Shown: positions 23,301 through 36,053 of the stretch, piece after piece
Layout: the number at the start of each line of letters is the position of its first letter
How positions within the stretch are numbered: the stretch's first letter is position 1
From: Chiloscyllium plagiosum
Lineage: Eukaryota
DNA: 64,000 bases
Assembly: GCF_004010195.1 (NCBI RefSeq)
Contig: NC_057719.1
Span: 37,692,547-37,756,546 of the forward strand
Direction of reading: 5' to 3'
Made by a program: the position numbers and the translations under genes
The notes under the pieces: generated by a model
The model's database searches: none
Told to the model about the DNA's origin: nothing
Seen by the model: only the letters and a program-made list of their open reading frames with translations

Positions 23301-23937
23301 GGCAAAGCAACAGGGACTGGTAGAAGTAAGCGAAGGCGAAGCGGCTCAGATGTTTGGTAGTCATCATCAGGAACAGCAGGAACATGCCCAGTTTGTGCAG
23401 CATGTGGGTCTGACAGATGATCTCCAGCAAGTCATCGCTCACGTTACAAAGTCGCAGCAACAAGCGACGCAATTCAGCAAAAACAATGTTGTGCAATTGA
23501 ACTCTGAGACTGCTGAAAATCAAATTCTACAGAAGACCAGTTTTGCATCATATGTTCCTCCGGAAACTCGAGTGCTTTCCACAGATCAGAACCAGATGTT
23601 ACAAGTGCCTGAGTGCAATGCTACGATGCAGCAGGTGCATGCCAGTGTTCATCCGAGTCAAGTTGTCCAAAGGATAGATTCATGCAACCCAACCCAAATT
23701 CAGCAAATAAATATTTCCTCCCACTCCTCTCCAGTGAACCGGCCTAGTCAACCTAAGATTCTAACGGCTGTTTCACAGCAGCCTGCTGTCTTTACTCAGC
23801 CGTTGACAATCATTCACAATGCAACGCGACAGTTGCAAAATGCTGCTCATCAGGCTGCTCTACAGCAGAGTATACAACAAAGCATTGCACGTGCACAACA
23901 AAAAATGGCTCCATTGAGAGTTACACCCTCAATCCAG
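22816..23937 (+). CDS. ZNF839: ZNF839 coding exon 1 (acidic, Gln-rich)
   Basis: Strong Kozak context ccaacATGG in the CpG island. 374 open codons ending PSIQ|gtacat; phase 0 fits exon 2. Confidence 0.85.
23011..23031 (+). repeat. (GGA)7 coding microsatellite (poly-Gly)
   Basis: Seven perfect GGA codons in ZNF839 exon 1. Confidence 0.95.
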
Positions 23938-25359
23938 GTACATGCATTTTTGATACTTAATTTCAAGAAACAATAATTCATAACTTCAAATGTCATTTAT
24001 TGTGTAGTTAATAAAGAATTAGAGAACACTTGCTACATCTATATTCTATAGGCCTTGGTGAGACCGCATTTAGGATGTTGTGTACGTTCTTGATTGATCA
24101 GGAGCGATATACTTACACTAGTAGTTAGAGGGATTTTATTTTGTTGCTTGAAGGGGCTGTCCTCTGAGAAAAGTTTGAACTATAGTTGATCAGAGCTTAG
24201 AATTATTTAGTTATTGAAGCATTTAAGATTTCTGGGGCTTTCTGGACAAATCTAAAACTAAGGGCATTGTTAGAAATTTATTTACTCAAAGTAATCAGGT
24301 TTTGCGTTTTCATTCTCAGTCAGGAGGAGAGACTGGGTCACTGAATGTATTCAAGGCTGTAGTTAGACAGATTATTGATCAACAAGGGAGTCTTTGGGTG
24401 TGTGGAGTGAAAGTGAAGTTAAAAGGCCACTTTTATCAGATCAATGATATTGAATGGTGGAGTAGGCTTGTGGGGCTGGATGGCCCAACTCTTCCTATTT
24501 CCTGTGTTTTGGTTGTTCTGCACTTTGAAATGCCCTTTCAAAAATCCTACCTTTCTATTTATTTTCTCTTACTCAATTGTACTCTTGTATACCTTTAACT
24601 TGGTACCCAAAAGACCACTATTCTCTCTCTCCTTCCTTGTTTTATTGATACATTCCTTCACTTCCTTAAGTGCATGGGATACAAACTTGAAAAGTATGGC
24701 AGACAACTGGCAGTCACTGCCATTTCTAATGGCCAGCTGAAACACTTGTCAGGTCCTGCTCTATTCCAGAATCATCCAAGAATGCAAAGATAACCTGTGG
24801 CTTTTTTATTCTCCCTTACCAACCATTTTCTGAGACCCCTACCCTCTGTTCTCGCCATCTTTCTCTCCAGCAATAAGCGAAAGGAGCTCATTAACCTCTT
24901 TGTCATTAAGATTGAGAACATTCAAACAGCTGACACTACTGCATCTCTCCCTCCAGTAGTCTACCTAGCTAAACTTCCCTTTTATGATGTCTGTCTGCCT
25001 GGCCCTGAACTCGTCTTTGTCTTGTTTCTATCTTATCTCTGTCATGCTGTCACAAAACGTATCTTGTATTTGGATGTCATTCCAAATTCAGTACAGTAGC
25101 TGCTAACTTGATCTCTCTCCTTGATGACAGTCTGATATTCAGCCAGTTTAGTGGAGCATTTGATCCTGGGATGACATTCTAAGCTCCTGTTTGCACTATA
25201 ACCAAGACTGTCTGTTTCTACATTGCTTGAGTTTGTGCAGTCTTAGCTCATTTCCTCCAAAAAATTCTCCTTAATGCCTTTGTCATCACAGTCTTCAGAA
25301 AACCAGATAACTTTGGGTGTCTAGGAATACTTGGGACTGAATAAAAAGTTACAAAGGGA

Positions 25360-27760
25360 GCAAAACAGCAAAGGCCGTAGACTAGTATAGAAAACGTAGG
25401 GTGGACCAGAAGAAAGCAATTATGAGAGCAAAGGCGGAACATGAAAAATTGCTAGCAGGCAAGATTAGAGAGAATTCTAAAATATTCTACAAGTACATTG
25501 AGGAGAAGAAAAGGGAAAGATTGGGACCTATTAGGAAAACCAAGCAGATAATTTGTGCAAGAAAACATAGGATATTGGTCGAATTTTAAATGAATATTTC
25601 ACATCTTTCTTGGGGGAAGGAGAATGCAAGTACAGAATTTGAAGAGATGGACTGTAATCCATTTTGGGCAGATTGATATAAGAAGTAAGGAGCTATTGGA
25701 GGTTTTGGCAGGTGAGCAAAAGTAGACAAATTAAAGTGGCAGGGCAAGTTAATAGGATAGTTAAGAAAACATACGGGGCACTTGCCTTTATCAATCGTGG
25801 CATAGAGTATTAGAGCAGGGAGTTCATGTTGGAACTGCACAGAATTTTGGTTCGGCCACAGCTGGAGTAAAGTGTGCCAGACTGGTTGCCACATGATAAG
25901 GATGTGATTGCATCTCCTCCAGTACAAAGGGGATTCACCAAGATGTTGTCTTGGATGGAGCCTATCTTCTACGAAGTGAGGCTCAGTAACAAGGGGATAT
26001 AATTTTAAAGTAAAAGGTGGGTCTTTAGAGGTGATTTGATGAAAATCCTTTTCACCCAGAAGGTGTTTGAGGGGATCTATAGTGTACTGTCTGGATGTGT
26101 AGTTGAGGCAGGAAACCTCACAACCTTTTAAAGTTTACGTAGATGAACATTTGAAGAGTGATAACATTCAAAGTAGCAGGCCTAGTGTGGCAAAATGGGA
26201 CTAGCATAGGTAGTAGTGTATTTTTGGCGATACGGACTTAATGGGCCAAAGGGCCTCATTTGTATGATTCTATTGCACTGTGCTCCCAGTTGGACTCCAA
26301 ACTCTGCCCTCTAAATTGGAGGTCATCCAAAATGCCACCATGTCTTATCATGTACTGAGTCACATTCCTGCTTGCTGACCTACATTGGCCTCCAGTCCAG
26401 CAATTCCATGACTATTAAATTCTCATCTTTATATTCTTATCTCTCCGTGGCCTCATGTCTGACTATTGTTCCTTGAGTCCCATAACTGTTCAAGATTTGT
26501 GGTCCTTTGGTTCTTGCTACTTGTTTATCCTTTCTTTTAATTGCTTCACTATTAGTGCTGTGCCTTCAGTCGCCTAGGTCTCAAACTCGCATCTCTGAAA
26601 CCCCTCTGCTTCTTACTTATCATCCTTTTAATGTACTGTGAGAAATCTACTTCTTTGGTTATCAGCTCTATTTGACAAGGTGCCTCACAAAATGTTAAGT
26701 CATAAGAGCCCACTGTGTTGGAGATAGTAAATTTGCATAGACAGGGAATTGGGTAATGGGCGGGAAACAGCAAGTGGAGATAAGGGTTCTTTTTCACGGT
26801 GACCTGTGATGAGTGGGATACCATAGGGATCAGTGCTGGAACTGCAACTGTTTACAATATTTTTGTAATGACTTGGAGGGTGGAAGGAAGAAAATGTGCT
26901 GAAGCCAAATTTACAGATGATACAGTAGGTGGAAAGGCTAGTTGTAAGAGGGATCCAAACAGTTTACAGAGAGGTTTTAGGAGATTAAGTAAGTGGGTAA
27001 GAGTTGACAAATGGAAGCTAATGTGGAAAAATGTAAAGTTGTTCATTTTGAAAGGGAGAACAACTGTTGAAAGCTGCCATACAAAGACTTCAGGGTACTT
27101 GTGCACAAAACATAGAAAGCTAACACACAGGTAATCAGAAATGTTATGGAATGTTGGTCTTTATTTCAAGGAAGATTGGACTATAAGAGTAGGAAAGTCT
27201 TACTGAAACAAGGTGCTGATGAAACCATGTCTAGAGTACTGAGAGTTGTTTTGGTCCCCTTGTTTAAGGAAATGTATCATTTCATTCGAAGCAATTTGGA
27301 GAAGGTTCACTAGAATGATCCCCGGTATGGAGGGATTGTCTGATGAGCAAAGTTGAAGCAGGTTGGCTCTCTACTCACTGTTGTTTAAATAAATGAGAGA
27401 GATTCTTAAGGAGCTTGATAAGGTAAGTGCTGAAAAAGATGTTTCCCCACATGAGAGAGACTAGGACCACAGGGTGTAGTTGAGTAAAGGGGTGCCTATT
27501 AAGGCTGAGATGAGGAGGAATGTCTTTTCTGAGGGTTGAGTCTTTTGAACTCCTTGCCACAGTCCTGTGGGAGCAAAGTCCTTCAGTATATTTAAGGCTG
27601 AGATGAATCATTTCTTGATTCTTTGAGGAAATCAAGGACTGGGGGAAAATGCAGGAAAGTGGCTATGAGGAATGTCAGATCAGTTATCATCCTACTGAAT
27701 GGCAGAGCAGGCTTAGAGGATTGAAGGGACTTCTGTTCATATTTCTTATGGTCTTATGGA
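25360..27760 (+). mobile_element. Cluster of decayed CR1 fragments (about 25360-26272 and 26730-27760) inside older repeat DNA
   Basis: KFTDDT RT motif, CR1-like ORF2 peptides and two CR1 tails. Confidence 0.75.
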
Positions 27761-30700
27761 CCTCCATTGATTACATTGCTTAGAATCATGTTTTCTTTTA
27801 TAATGCTTTTGTGAAGTGGCTCAAGATAGTTTCACTTAAAGATAATATATAGCTATAAATTGTTCTTAATGTTGATCTTTGGAGTCTTCTGTGAAACGTG
27901 ACAAAATTTAAAGTCCGGTTTCGATCCGATTTTGGATGGTTATTTTCTTTCTTTGAAATGAAAGCTGTGACAAGACTGCACATTAATTGTAATTATTCCG
28001 AAAGTGCTGGTTTGCTTATTAGGCATCAATCCTAAGTATGCAATATTGATATAACTAGTCCTGGAGATATAAGTTACTGTCATTTACTCGAGCTAATCCA
28101 ATGGAAATTATACCAGATGTTACAAAAGTTCACTTCAGGTTCTGTCAAATGTTAATTATTCGATGTATCCCTGTACTACTTTTCATATTAATTACAGCCA
28201 CTGTCGTTATTGCGGTTCTTCATTTAAGTACTTTGGAGGATTGTGGAGGTTACAAGAAATTATTATTGCTAAAAATTTGAATATCTGCATTTAAGTTCAA
28301 ACTGCTTCCAGTCATAACTTTCAGCTGTAGCTATTCTCATTAATTATGAGGAACATGATGCAAAGTTCAAAACCACTACTACTATTCTTATAGTGAATCT
28401 GACAATCGCCTTTTGCCTATTTTTGGCATAACAACCACTGAATCCCCATTATCCTTCTCTTACCTTTGCCAAACTTAACTAGACCAGTCATGTAAATATT
28501 ATGGCTATAAGAGCCGGTTAAATGTTGGGAATTCCGTAGTGAGTAACTTGCCTCTTGACTTCCTAAAGTCTGTCCAGTTACAAGGCACAAATCAGGAGGG
28601 TGATGGGATATTCTTTTCTTGCCTCAATGAGTTTAGCACCAATGATGCTCAGGAATCACAGTATTCACAACAAAGCAGTTAATTCCTGTCCAATCCCTTG
28701 AACCTTCACTTCCAAAACAACTAGCATCACAGCAAAGTATACAGGACCATGTTGGAGATGCAATGTAGCAAATCAGCAAGACTCCTTCGACAATACCTTT
28801 TGAAATGTGTGAAGAACATTTGAAGCTAAAGAACCAGGGCTGCAGATGCATGGGAGCAACTCCATCTGAACGTTCCACTTCAAATCCTGAGTTGGAACTA
28901 CAGTATTTTGCTATACTTCCATTGCTACTGAGTCAAAATCTGAGAACTCTCTGACAGCACTGTGGATGTACTTATATCAGATAAATTACAGCAGTTAAAC
29001 ATGGTAGCTCATCACCAATTTCTTGAGGACAGTTAGATGTGGGCAATAAATGCTGGCCTTTTTCAGTGTGTCAACATTCTGTGAACAAATATTTTTTAAA
29101 AATTTTGCATAGGTTGCTTGTGAAAACTTCACTCCAGTTATGTCAATGTGACCTCTTGTAAAATTATCTCAGTGCACCTTCCAAGGGACCAGTGACAGTC
29201 ATGTTGTTTCTTTTGACCTGACGTGCAGAGACCCGACTGAAGTGGTTATATTTTTATCACATTTGTACTGTCGGTGCATTGCTATTTCAGGGATTGAATT
29301 GATGTAGAAATGTAGAATTAGTGCCTAACCTGATTGCTACCTACACGGCTTGAATGCTGTACATTGTGTTTAAGTATGCATGTGCCTTTATTAGTCTTGC
29401 AATAACTTGAAATTTATTTTCCTACTTTAGTCATTAAAAGTCAAACTGCTGCACACCAACACTGCAGTGCGAATACAGTGCTGTATTGATTGATTACTTG
29501 AGTTTTATAATACTGGATTTGTAGGTAAAATTTAGTAAATTCAGGATTGGAGCATTGTTAGAGTTTGAAATTCATCCTGTCTGAGCACTTATTTGAAGTT
29601 TCACAGTACTCAAATTTGTAGTCACTGGCACCAAACCATATTATGAAAAGAATGGAGGGAGGTCACAGGAGGGGTTAAACTAGTGTAATTCCTTGGAAAG
29701 CTCTTCTGAGGCGCAACATTGTATGCATAACATTTAAGGATAGAACCATGTATAAGAAGTATTTTAATCATTCGTTTTAAGGAGCTTTTTTTTTCACCCA
29801 GTGTATGTAATTGTGCTCAGGAGAGAAAATGTTCTTGTTTGAAGTCGTAATTTTAATTTTAATTTCTAATTTTCCAATATATTGCATATTTGACCATGCC
29901 TATTCAAATTCATGCACTTAAGACAAGCATACTTTTTTAAATGCTGGAATTGGGTTCAAGATTTTTATGAGCTAGATTCCTCATATGACGTAAAATTGAT
30001 TTTCCATATATTAACATGGTGCAAGTGCTCATACTGCATAACTGTAGATACAGTACATCATTAAGTAAAAATTCAAGTGTCAAATCTGAAAACTTGGTAA
30101 CAAATTATCATAGCAAGTTTGTTTCAGTGTGAATTTTCTTCCAATTATCAAATGCCACGTCTATGGTTTTTGTTAATGCAGATTGATTTTTAGAAAATTA
30201 CATTGGCTATTGATTAATGATGAGTTACAGAATTTTGGAATTACGTAAAATTGGGTTTCAGAAATTTAGTCTAATTTGCAAAATAATTTGATTTCATTAA
30301 AATATAATTAAAATTTCTTGTGTATATCTTTCCATTTTGCATCATGAAATACACTTTCTGGACAGTTTTAGAAAATATGTGTTGTCCTTCTATGTCTTTA
30401 AATGCGTAGCATACGTTTTGCTGATCTATAAGTTGTTTTCCCATAAAATTGGTGTAATGTTGGAAGAGCTTGTAAATTTATTTGACTAATTGTATCGTGA
30501 GCTCAGTTAGTTTTGTTTAATTTGAAACACTTCTTCATCTTTTCCATCAAGCTGAAATGTGTGACACTGAAGATTTAAAAGACAGTATGCTTATTTTCTG
30601 AAGCACAATTTTAACTGTTACATTTTATTTTCTTGGAGAAAAATCATACTGGATTCAAAACGTTAACTTTGTTTCTATCTCCATGAATGCTGCCAGACCT

Positions 30701-31559
30701 GTTGAGTTTCTGTAACAATTACGTTTTTATTTCAGATTTCCAGCATCTACAGTTGTTTGCTTTTCTTTGAAAATAAAATATTGCCAGTTTTCTGTCTTTG
30801 CCTGTCTTACTCACTATTGAGCTCTAGTGGCCATTCTTTGTGCAAACCTTGGAATTTTCACAGGGACATGTTTGGGGAGGTTTTAAAGGTTGGGAATATT
30901 TGAATAGGATGAGAGTAACCAAAGAGAGTGTTGGCCTTGCAGAGAGTGGGTGTAGGGTTAATGATGGAAAATAAAGAAATATCTAGGGCTTTGAACAGTA
31001 TTTTGTGTTTTCATAGTAGAAGATTAAGAAAACTTCCAAAAGGGTTGGGGCACGAACTTAAAACGATCGCCATCAACAGGGGAAAGGTGCCAAAAAAAAA
31101 GTCGAACCTAAAGACTGACAATTCCCAAGGCCTGCATCCTTGACTCTAATGTGCTTGCACTGTTAGTAGATAAGTGGTTATAATAATTCAAAATTCCTTG
31201 GATTATGGCAAGGTCCCAATGGATTAGAAAATAGCAAGTAAAATACCTTCATTTTTAACCTTTGAAGTCAATATGGTACTAGACCATTGAATTTTGTTAC
31301 CTTCGTTGTTTATCAGTTTTAAACTGGTTAAACGTTATTCCTAACTGTTATATTCTAAACCCATTAAAAAGCTACATATTTCCATTATTAACACATTTGT
31401 TATTACGGAGGACAATGTTGCTGTTGTATCCTGGCTGAAAGAAGTTCATTCAGCACTCTGACTTTGGACCTTTCTGATCAGTCTCATTAAATAATTGCAC
31501 TATATTTGTGAACTTTTAAGTCAGTGAATACTAAGTTCCCTCTCTCTCTTTTCTTGCAG

Positions 31560-32477
31560 CATCAACTAGAAACTGTCCAAGTTCATATACAGACAGTTCA
31601 GCCACAGGAGGAAAAAGATCGGCCCATGCCACCCCTAGCTGTAGTACAGTCCAAAACTGCAACATCTGGCCAGCCGGTTAACAAAAGGACCACTGTTTCA
31701 GGGGGAGTTAATATTTCTGGACCCCAGATCATTAGAATCCAGCCAATTTCAACATCCGGAACACAACAGTATATTTTGCATAGTTCTTCAGAACCTCCCA
31801 TTCAGCTACTTGTTCAGCGGCAGCCTCCTCCACTTGCACCCGTAAATGCCATTCGTGTGATTCCAGGAGTGAGCATCAGTGGACAGACTAGTATTGCGAA
31901 TACCAGTGTATCTACCATTACAACAGCTGTAGGAAATTCAGTTTGTTCCAGCCATACCAAGAAGCATGAACCTAGTGATAAATCAAAGGAGAAAAAACCT
32001 GTGAAGATTAAAACTCGATCTGGTCGAATATCACGACCTCCAAAATACAAAGTAAAGGACTACAAGTTTATAAAAACTGAAGATTTGGCAGAAGGTCATC
32101 AGTCAGACTCTGATGATTATTCTGAATACAGTTTTGATGAAGAAGATGTGAAAACGAAAGTGGATGAGCCAAGCCTTTCAATGCCTTGCTCTTTCAAACC
32201 CAAGAAGTTCAAATGTGATACTTGTGAAAAGTCCTACATTGGAAGAGGAGGATTAGCTCGGCATTATAGACTCAACCCATTGCATGGACAGCTGGCTCCC
32301 GTCTCTGAGGAACAGAGAACTTCTGTGGACAAATCCAATGGTAATGTGATTATTGGGGATAACGAAGATGATAGGAATGGTCAAATGAACCCTGAAGTAG
32401 TAGTATCATCCATAGGTACTGACACTGCATCTGTAATGGTGGACAGCACAGCCCCTTCTTCCCAAGACTTCCAGCAG
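31560..32477 (+). CDS. ZNF839: ZNF839 exon 2 (basic motif plus single C2H2 finger)
   Basis: Polypyrimidine tract then ttgcag|. Encodes VKIKTRSGRISRPPKYKVKDYKFIKTEDLAEGHQSDSDDYSE and FKCDTCEKSYIGRGGLARHYRLNPLH. Donor CAG|gtgtgt; 918 nt. Confidence 0.93.
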
Positions 32478-33277
32478 GTGTGTAATGAAGTAATGAATTC
32501 ATATTTTCTGTTCTCTGTTCTGAAAATGATGCACTGGAGCATGGTTCCAGGGCTATTGCCAGTACCTACTGAACTGGGTATTCTTTTATGTGACTGTTTA
32601 GATTGGGTCTGAGGTGGAGATATCACAGAGTAACTCAAATAACTCAGCACAGATTTGTGATTAACCTTGGAACCTTCCTGGTCAGTTTAGCTAAGTATGA
32701 AAATATTCATGCATTCATTGCTTGAGATATTGAGAGGAACTGTTAATTTTCAAAATTATTGTCACTGACTAGGAAATGAAATATAACAGTGGAAGATACA
32801 CTAAACATAATGTGTTAACAATTGACTCAATTTATAAAAACTAAATTCATGATTTATTTTATCTTTAAAAATCAATTTGTCATTTATTATTTTGAATTTA
32901 TTGAGTGCCTTTGAACCTACATTTTGGTGGTCTTAGGTATTTTGTCTTCTATATTGACCTTGAGTGTAAATTGCTTCGAAACTGTCACTCTTTATGGTTC
33001 TGCATTGTTTGCTCAGTGTTTCAGTGTTATTCTTATGGTTGAGACTTTTATTGAAGCCTGTCTGGATATTGGTGTTTCATGAAAGTGCTGATGGCAAAAG
33101 CAATTAACACTTGAGCAATCATTTTAAACAGATGTAGTGGAGGAGATGCAGAAATACTGATAGAGTAATGTAATTTTATGAAATGACTTTGAAAAATTAT
33201 GTCCTGAAGGTTTTAATTATCACAGGTATTGAGAAGAAGTCCTTTTCTTTCTGATCCTATAAGTGGTCTCACATGTT

Positions 33278-33963
33278 ATAGAGTCATAGAGATGTACAAC
33301 ATTGAGACAGACCCTTCGGTCCAACCCGTCCATGCCCGACCAGATATCCCAACAAAATCTAGTCCCACTTGCCAGCACCCGGCCCATATCCCTCCAAACC
33401 CTTCCTATTCATATACCCATCCAAATGCCTTTTAAATGTTGCAATTGTACCAGTCTCCCCCACTTCCTCTGGCAGCTCATGCCATACCTGTACCACCCTC
33501 TGTGTGAAAACATTGCCCCTTAGGTCTCTTGTATATCTTTCCCCTCTCGCCCTAAACCTATGCCCTCTAGTTCTGGACTCCCCGACTCCAGGGAAAAGAC
33601 TTTGCCTATTTACCCTATCCATGGCCCTCATAATTTTGTAAACCTCTATAAGGTCACCCCTCAGCCTCTGANNNNNNNNNNNNNNNNNNNNNNNNNNNNN
33701 NNNNNNNNNNNNNNNNNNNNNNNNNNNNNNNNNNNNNNNNNNNNNNNNNNNNNNNNNNNNNNNNNNNNNNNNNNNNNNNNNNNNNNNNNNNNNCTCCATC
33801 TGCCACTTCTCAGCCCATTGGCCCATCTGGTCCAGATCCTGTTGTAATCTGAGGAAACCCTCTTCGCTGTCCACTACACCTCCAATTTTGGTGTCATCTG
33901 CAAACTTACTAACTATACCTCTTATGCTCGCATCCAAATCATTTATGTAAATGACAAAAAGTA
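33278..33963 (-). mobile_element. Young CR1/HER1 3' end spanning an assembly gap
   Basis: SKFADDTKIGG RT motif on one side of the gap and RLRGDLIEVYKIM on the other. Confidence 0.92.
33672..33793. other. Assembly gap (122 N)
   Basis: Run of N. Confidence 1.
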
Positions 33964-36053
33964 GTTGCAGAAACAGTATGAAACAGTAGATTTAAGGAAC
34001 AGATTTCTTTCTATCATTACTGACTGTGGAGACAACAGAACAATCTGGTGTCAGTTGTTCCCAACAGTGGTCCAATGCACGATCTAGAAAAATATGAAGG
34101 GAAGAAAAGACAAATTGCAATTTGAAATTGTTAAAGAAGAATTAAGAGATTTTTAATACATTGACTATATTCTTTTTAGGTTAACAAGTGTTTGTTTTAA
34201 AATAACTGCTGTTTGAAACTTGTGCCAAAGGATATTCCAAAGAACAGTTGAAATGGGAGAGGAAACACGATGGCTGAGTGAATTGTGGTCATCGCAGACT
34301 TTATAACCTGCTGGCCTCAGGAACACAGTAATTGTCTGTTCCAGTGGCATTCAACTTTTTCTATTTTCAACCACTTGTATGTAGTTTGATTTCTACTACA
34401 GTGTGCTAATTAATTTAAATGTTAAGCATTTCTGTGTTATTCTGAATTCAGATTTTTGCAGTGGCAGGAATTTTTGCGGGCTTGTACTAAAAAGAAATAT
34501 ATAATACTTAATCAGACTGCATGTAGTAACAGTTTAAATTCTGAAAGCAGCAGACTATGTTGGTGTTTCCAGCTGTGTAAGTCAATGTCAGTATTTGCAG
34601 GCTAGCTGCTGACGTGCCAACAGTCATTCTGTTGATCTGTTTCTGCTAACATTGGAACTTCTGAAGCCAATGTATACACTAACCTTCTGACTAAAATGAA
34701 GTACCTGTTCAGTCTGGATCAAATTAATTCTGCTTTCAGTACATTTTTGTTCTTGTAGCTTATACCAGTTCTTTCAAATGTCCACCCTTTGCCTCTCCAT
34801 TTGCCAGTTTTTCAGCTGTCATTGCTAAATCATTCGTCACCTTTGCTTCAGCAAAGTCGGTATCCTCCCTTTCCAGGAAGATTCATGAACATGCTGTCAA
34901 CTCCAAAAATTTCCATCTTTACAGCAACCGTTTTGCTTTTTGGAATGATGTTTTTGCCCATGCTGTAGTACTGAAACTGCCAGGGCTGCTTAGCTCCTGA
35001 TATCATTACAATCATGGTCCAAACATGGATAAAGGAGCTGAAATCAGAGATGAGATGAGAGTGCATTCCTTTGATATGAAGGCAGCATTTGACTAATTAT
35101 ATGGTTAAGTATCAGCAAATGATTCATTGCGAAATGTCTGGTACCATTCCTGATTCTCCAGATATTGAACGCTGTTCATGTCCATGTGCAATGAGACCTG
35201 GGCAAATTAGAGGCTTAACTGATGAGTGGCAAACACCATTCACACTACATGTGCCAGGCAAAGATTATCTCCAACAGCAAAAAATCTATCCACCCTCCGT
35301 TGATATTCAGTAGTATTACCATTACTGATGCCCCTCACTGTCAAAATCCTGGGCTTAAGAATTGACCAAAAACTGACTTGGCAAGTCATATGAATGCTGT
35401 GGCAACAAAAACAGACCAATAGCCATAAGTTTTGCATCCAGTTCCTCCCCTCCCATTTTCCCGTTGACATCACTAACACGGTGGTGCTGGAGAAGCTGAA
35501 AGGTCTGAATTGGTTAAGTCACCTGGACAAGACTGACAACAGCACAGAGTTCTGAAGGAGGTAGCTGAGGAGATTGTGGAGGCATCGGTGATGATCTTTC
35601 AGGAATCACTGGAGTCAGGGAGGGTCCCAGAGGACTATAAAATGGCTAATCTAATACTTCTGTTTAAGAAGGGTGGGAGGCAGAGACAGGGAGTGATAGG
35701 GCCAGTTAGCCTGACCTCTAGTTGGTAAGTTATAGAGTTCCATTATTAAGGATGATGTGGAGGTGCTAGTGTTGGACTGGGGTGGACAAAGTGAAAAATC
35801 ACACAAACTGGTTTATAGTCCAACACGTTTATTTGATGTGGAGGTGTGGGTGTTGGACTGGGGTGGATGAAGTTTAAAAATCATGCAACATGAGATTGTA
35901 GTCTAACAAATGTTTTTGGAAGTACAAGCTTTTGGAGCACTGCTCCTTCGTCAGAATTTAAAGTCAAAGATGTCATAACTGATGCGATATATTAAGCAAA
36001 CCTAGATTATTGTTAAGTCTTTAATCACTTAGAATGGGGTTGCAGGTTTTGGT

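Noticed and set aside
22513..23523. Minus-strand ORFs of 154, 130 and 155 aa
   Set aside because: Antisense to GC-rich ZNF839 exon 1 and the CpG island; low stop frequency is expected there.
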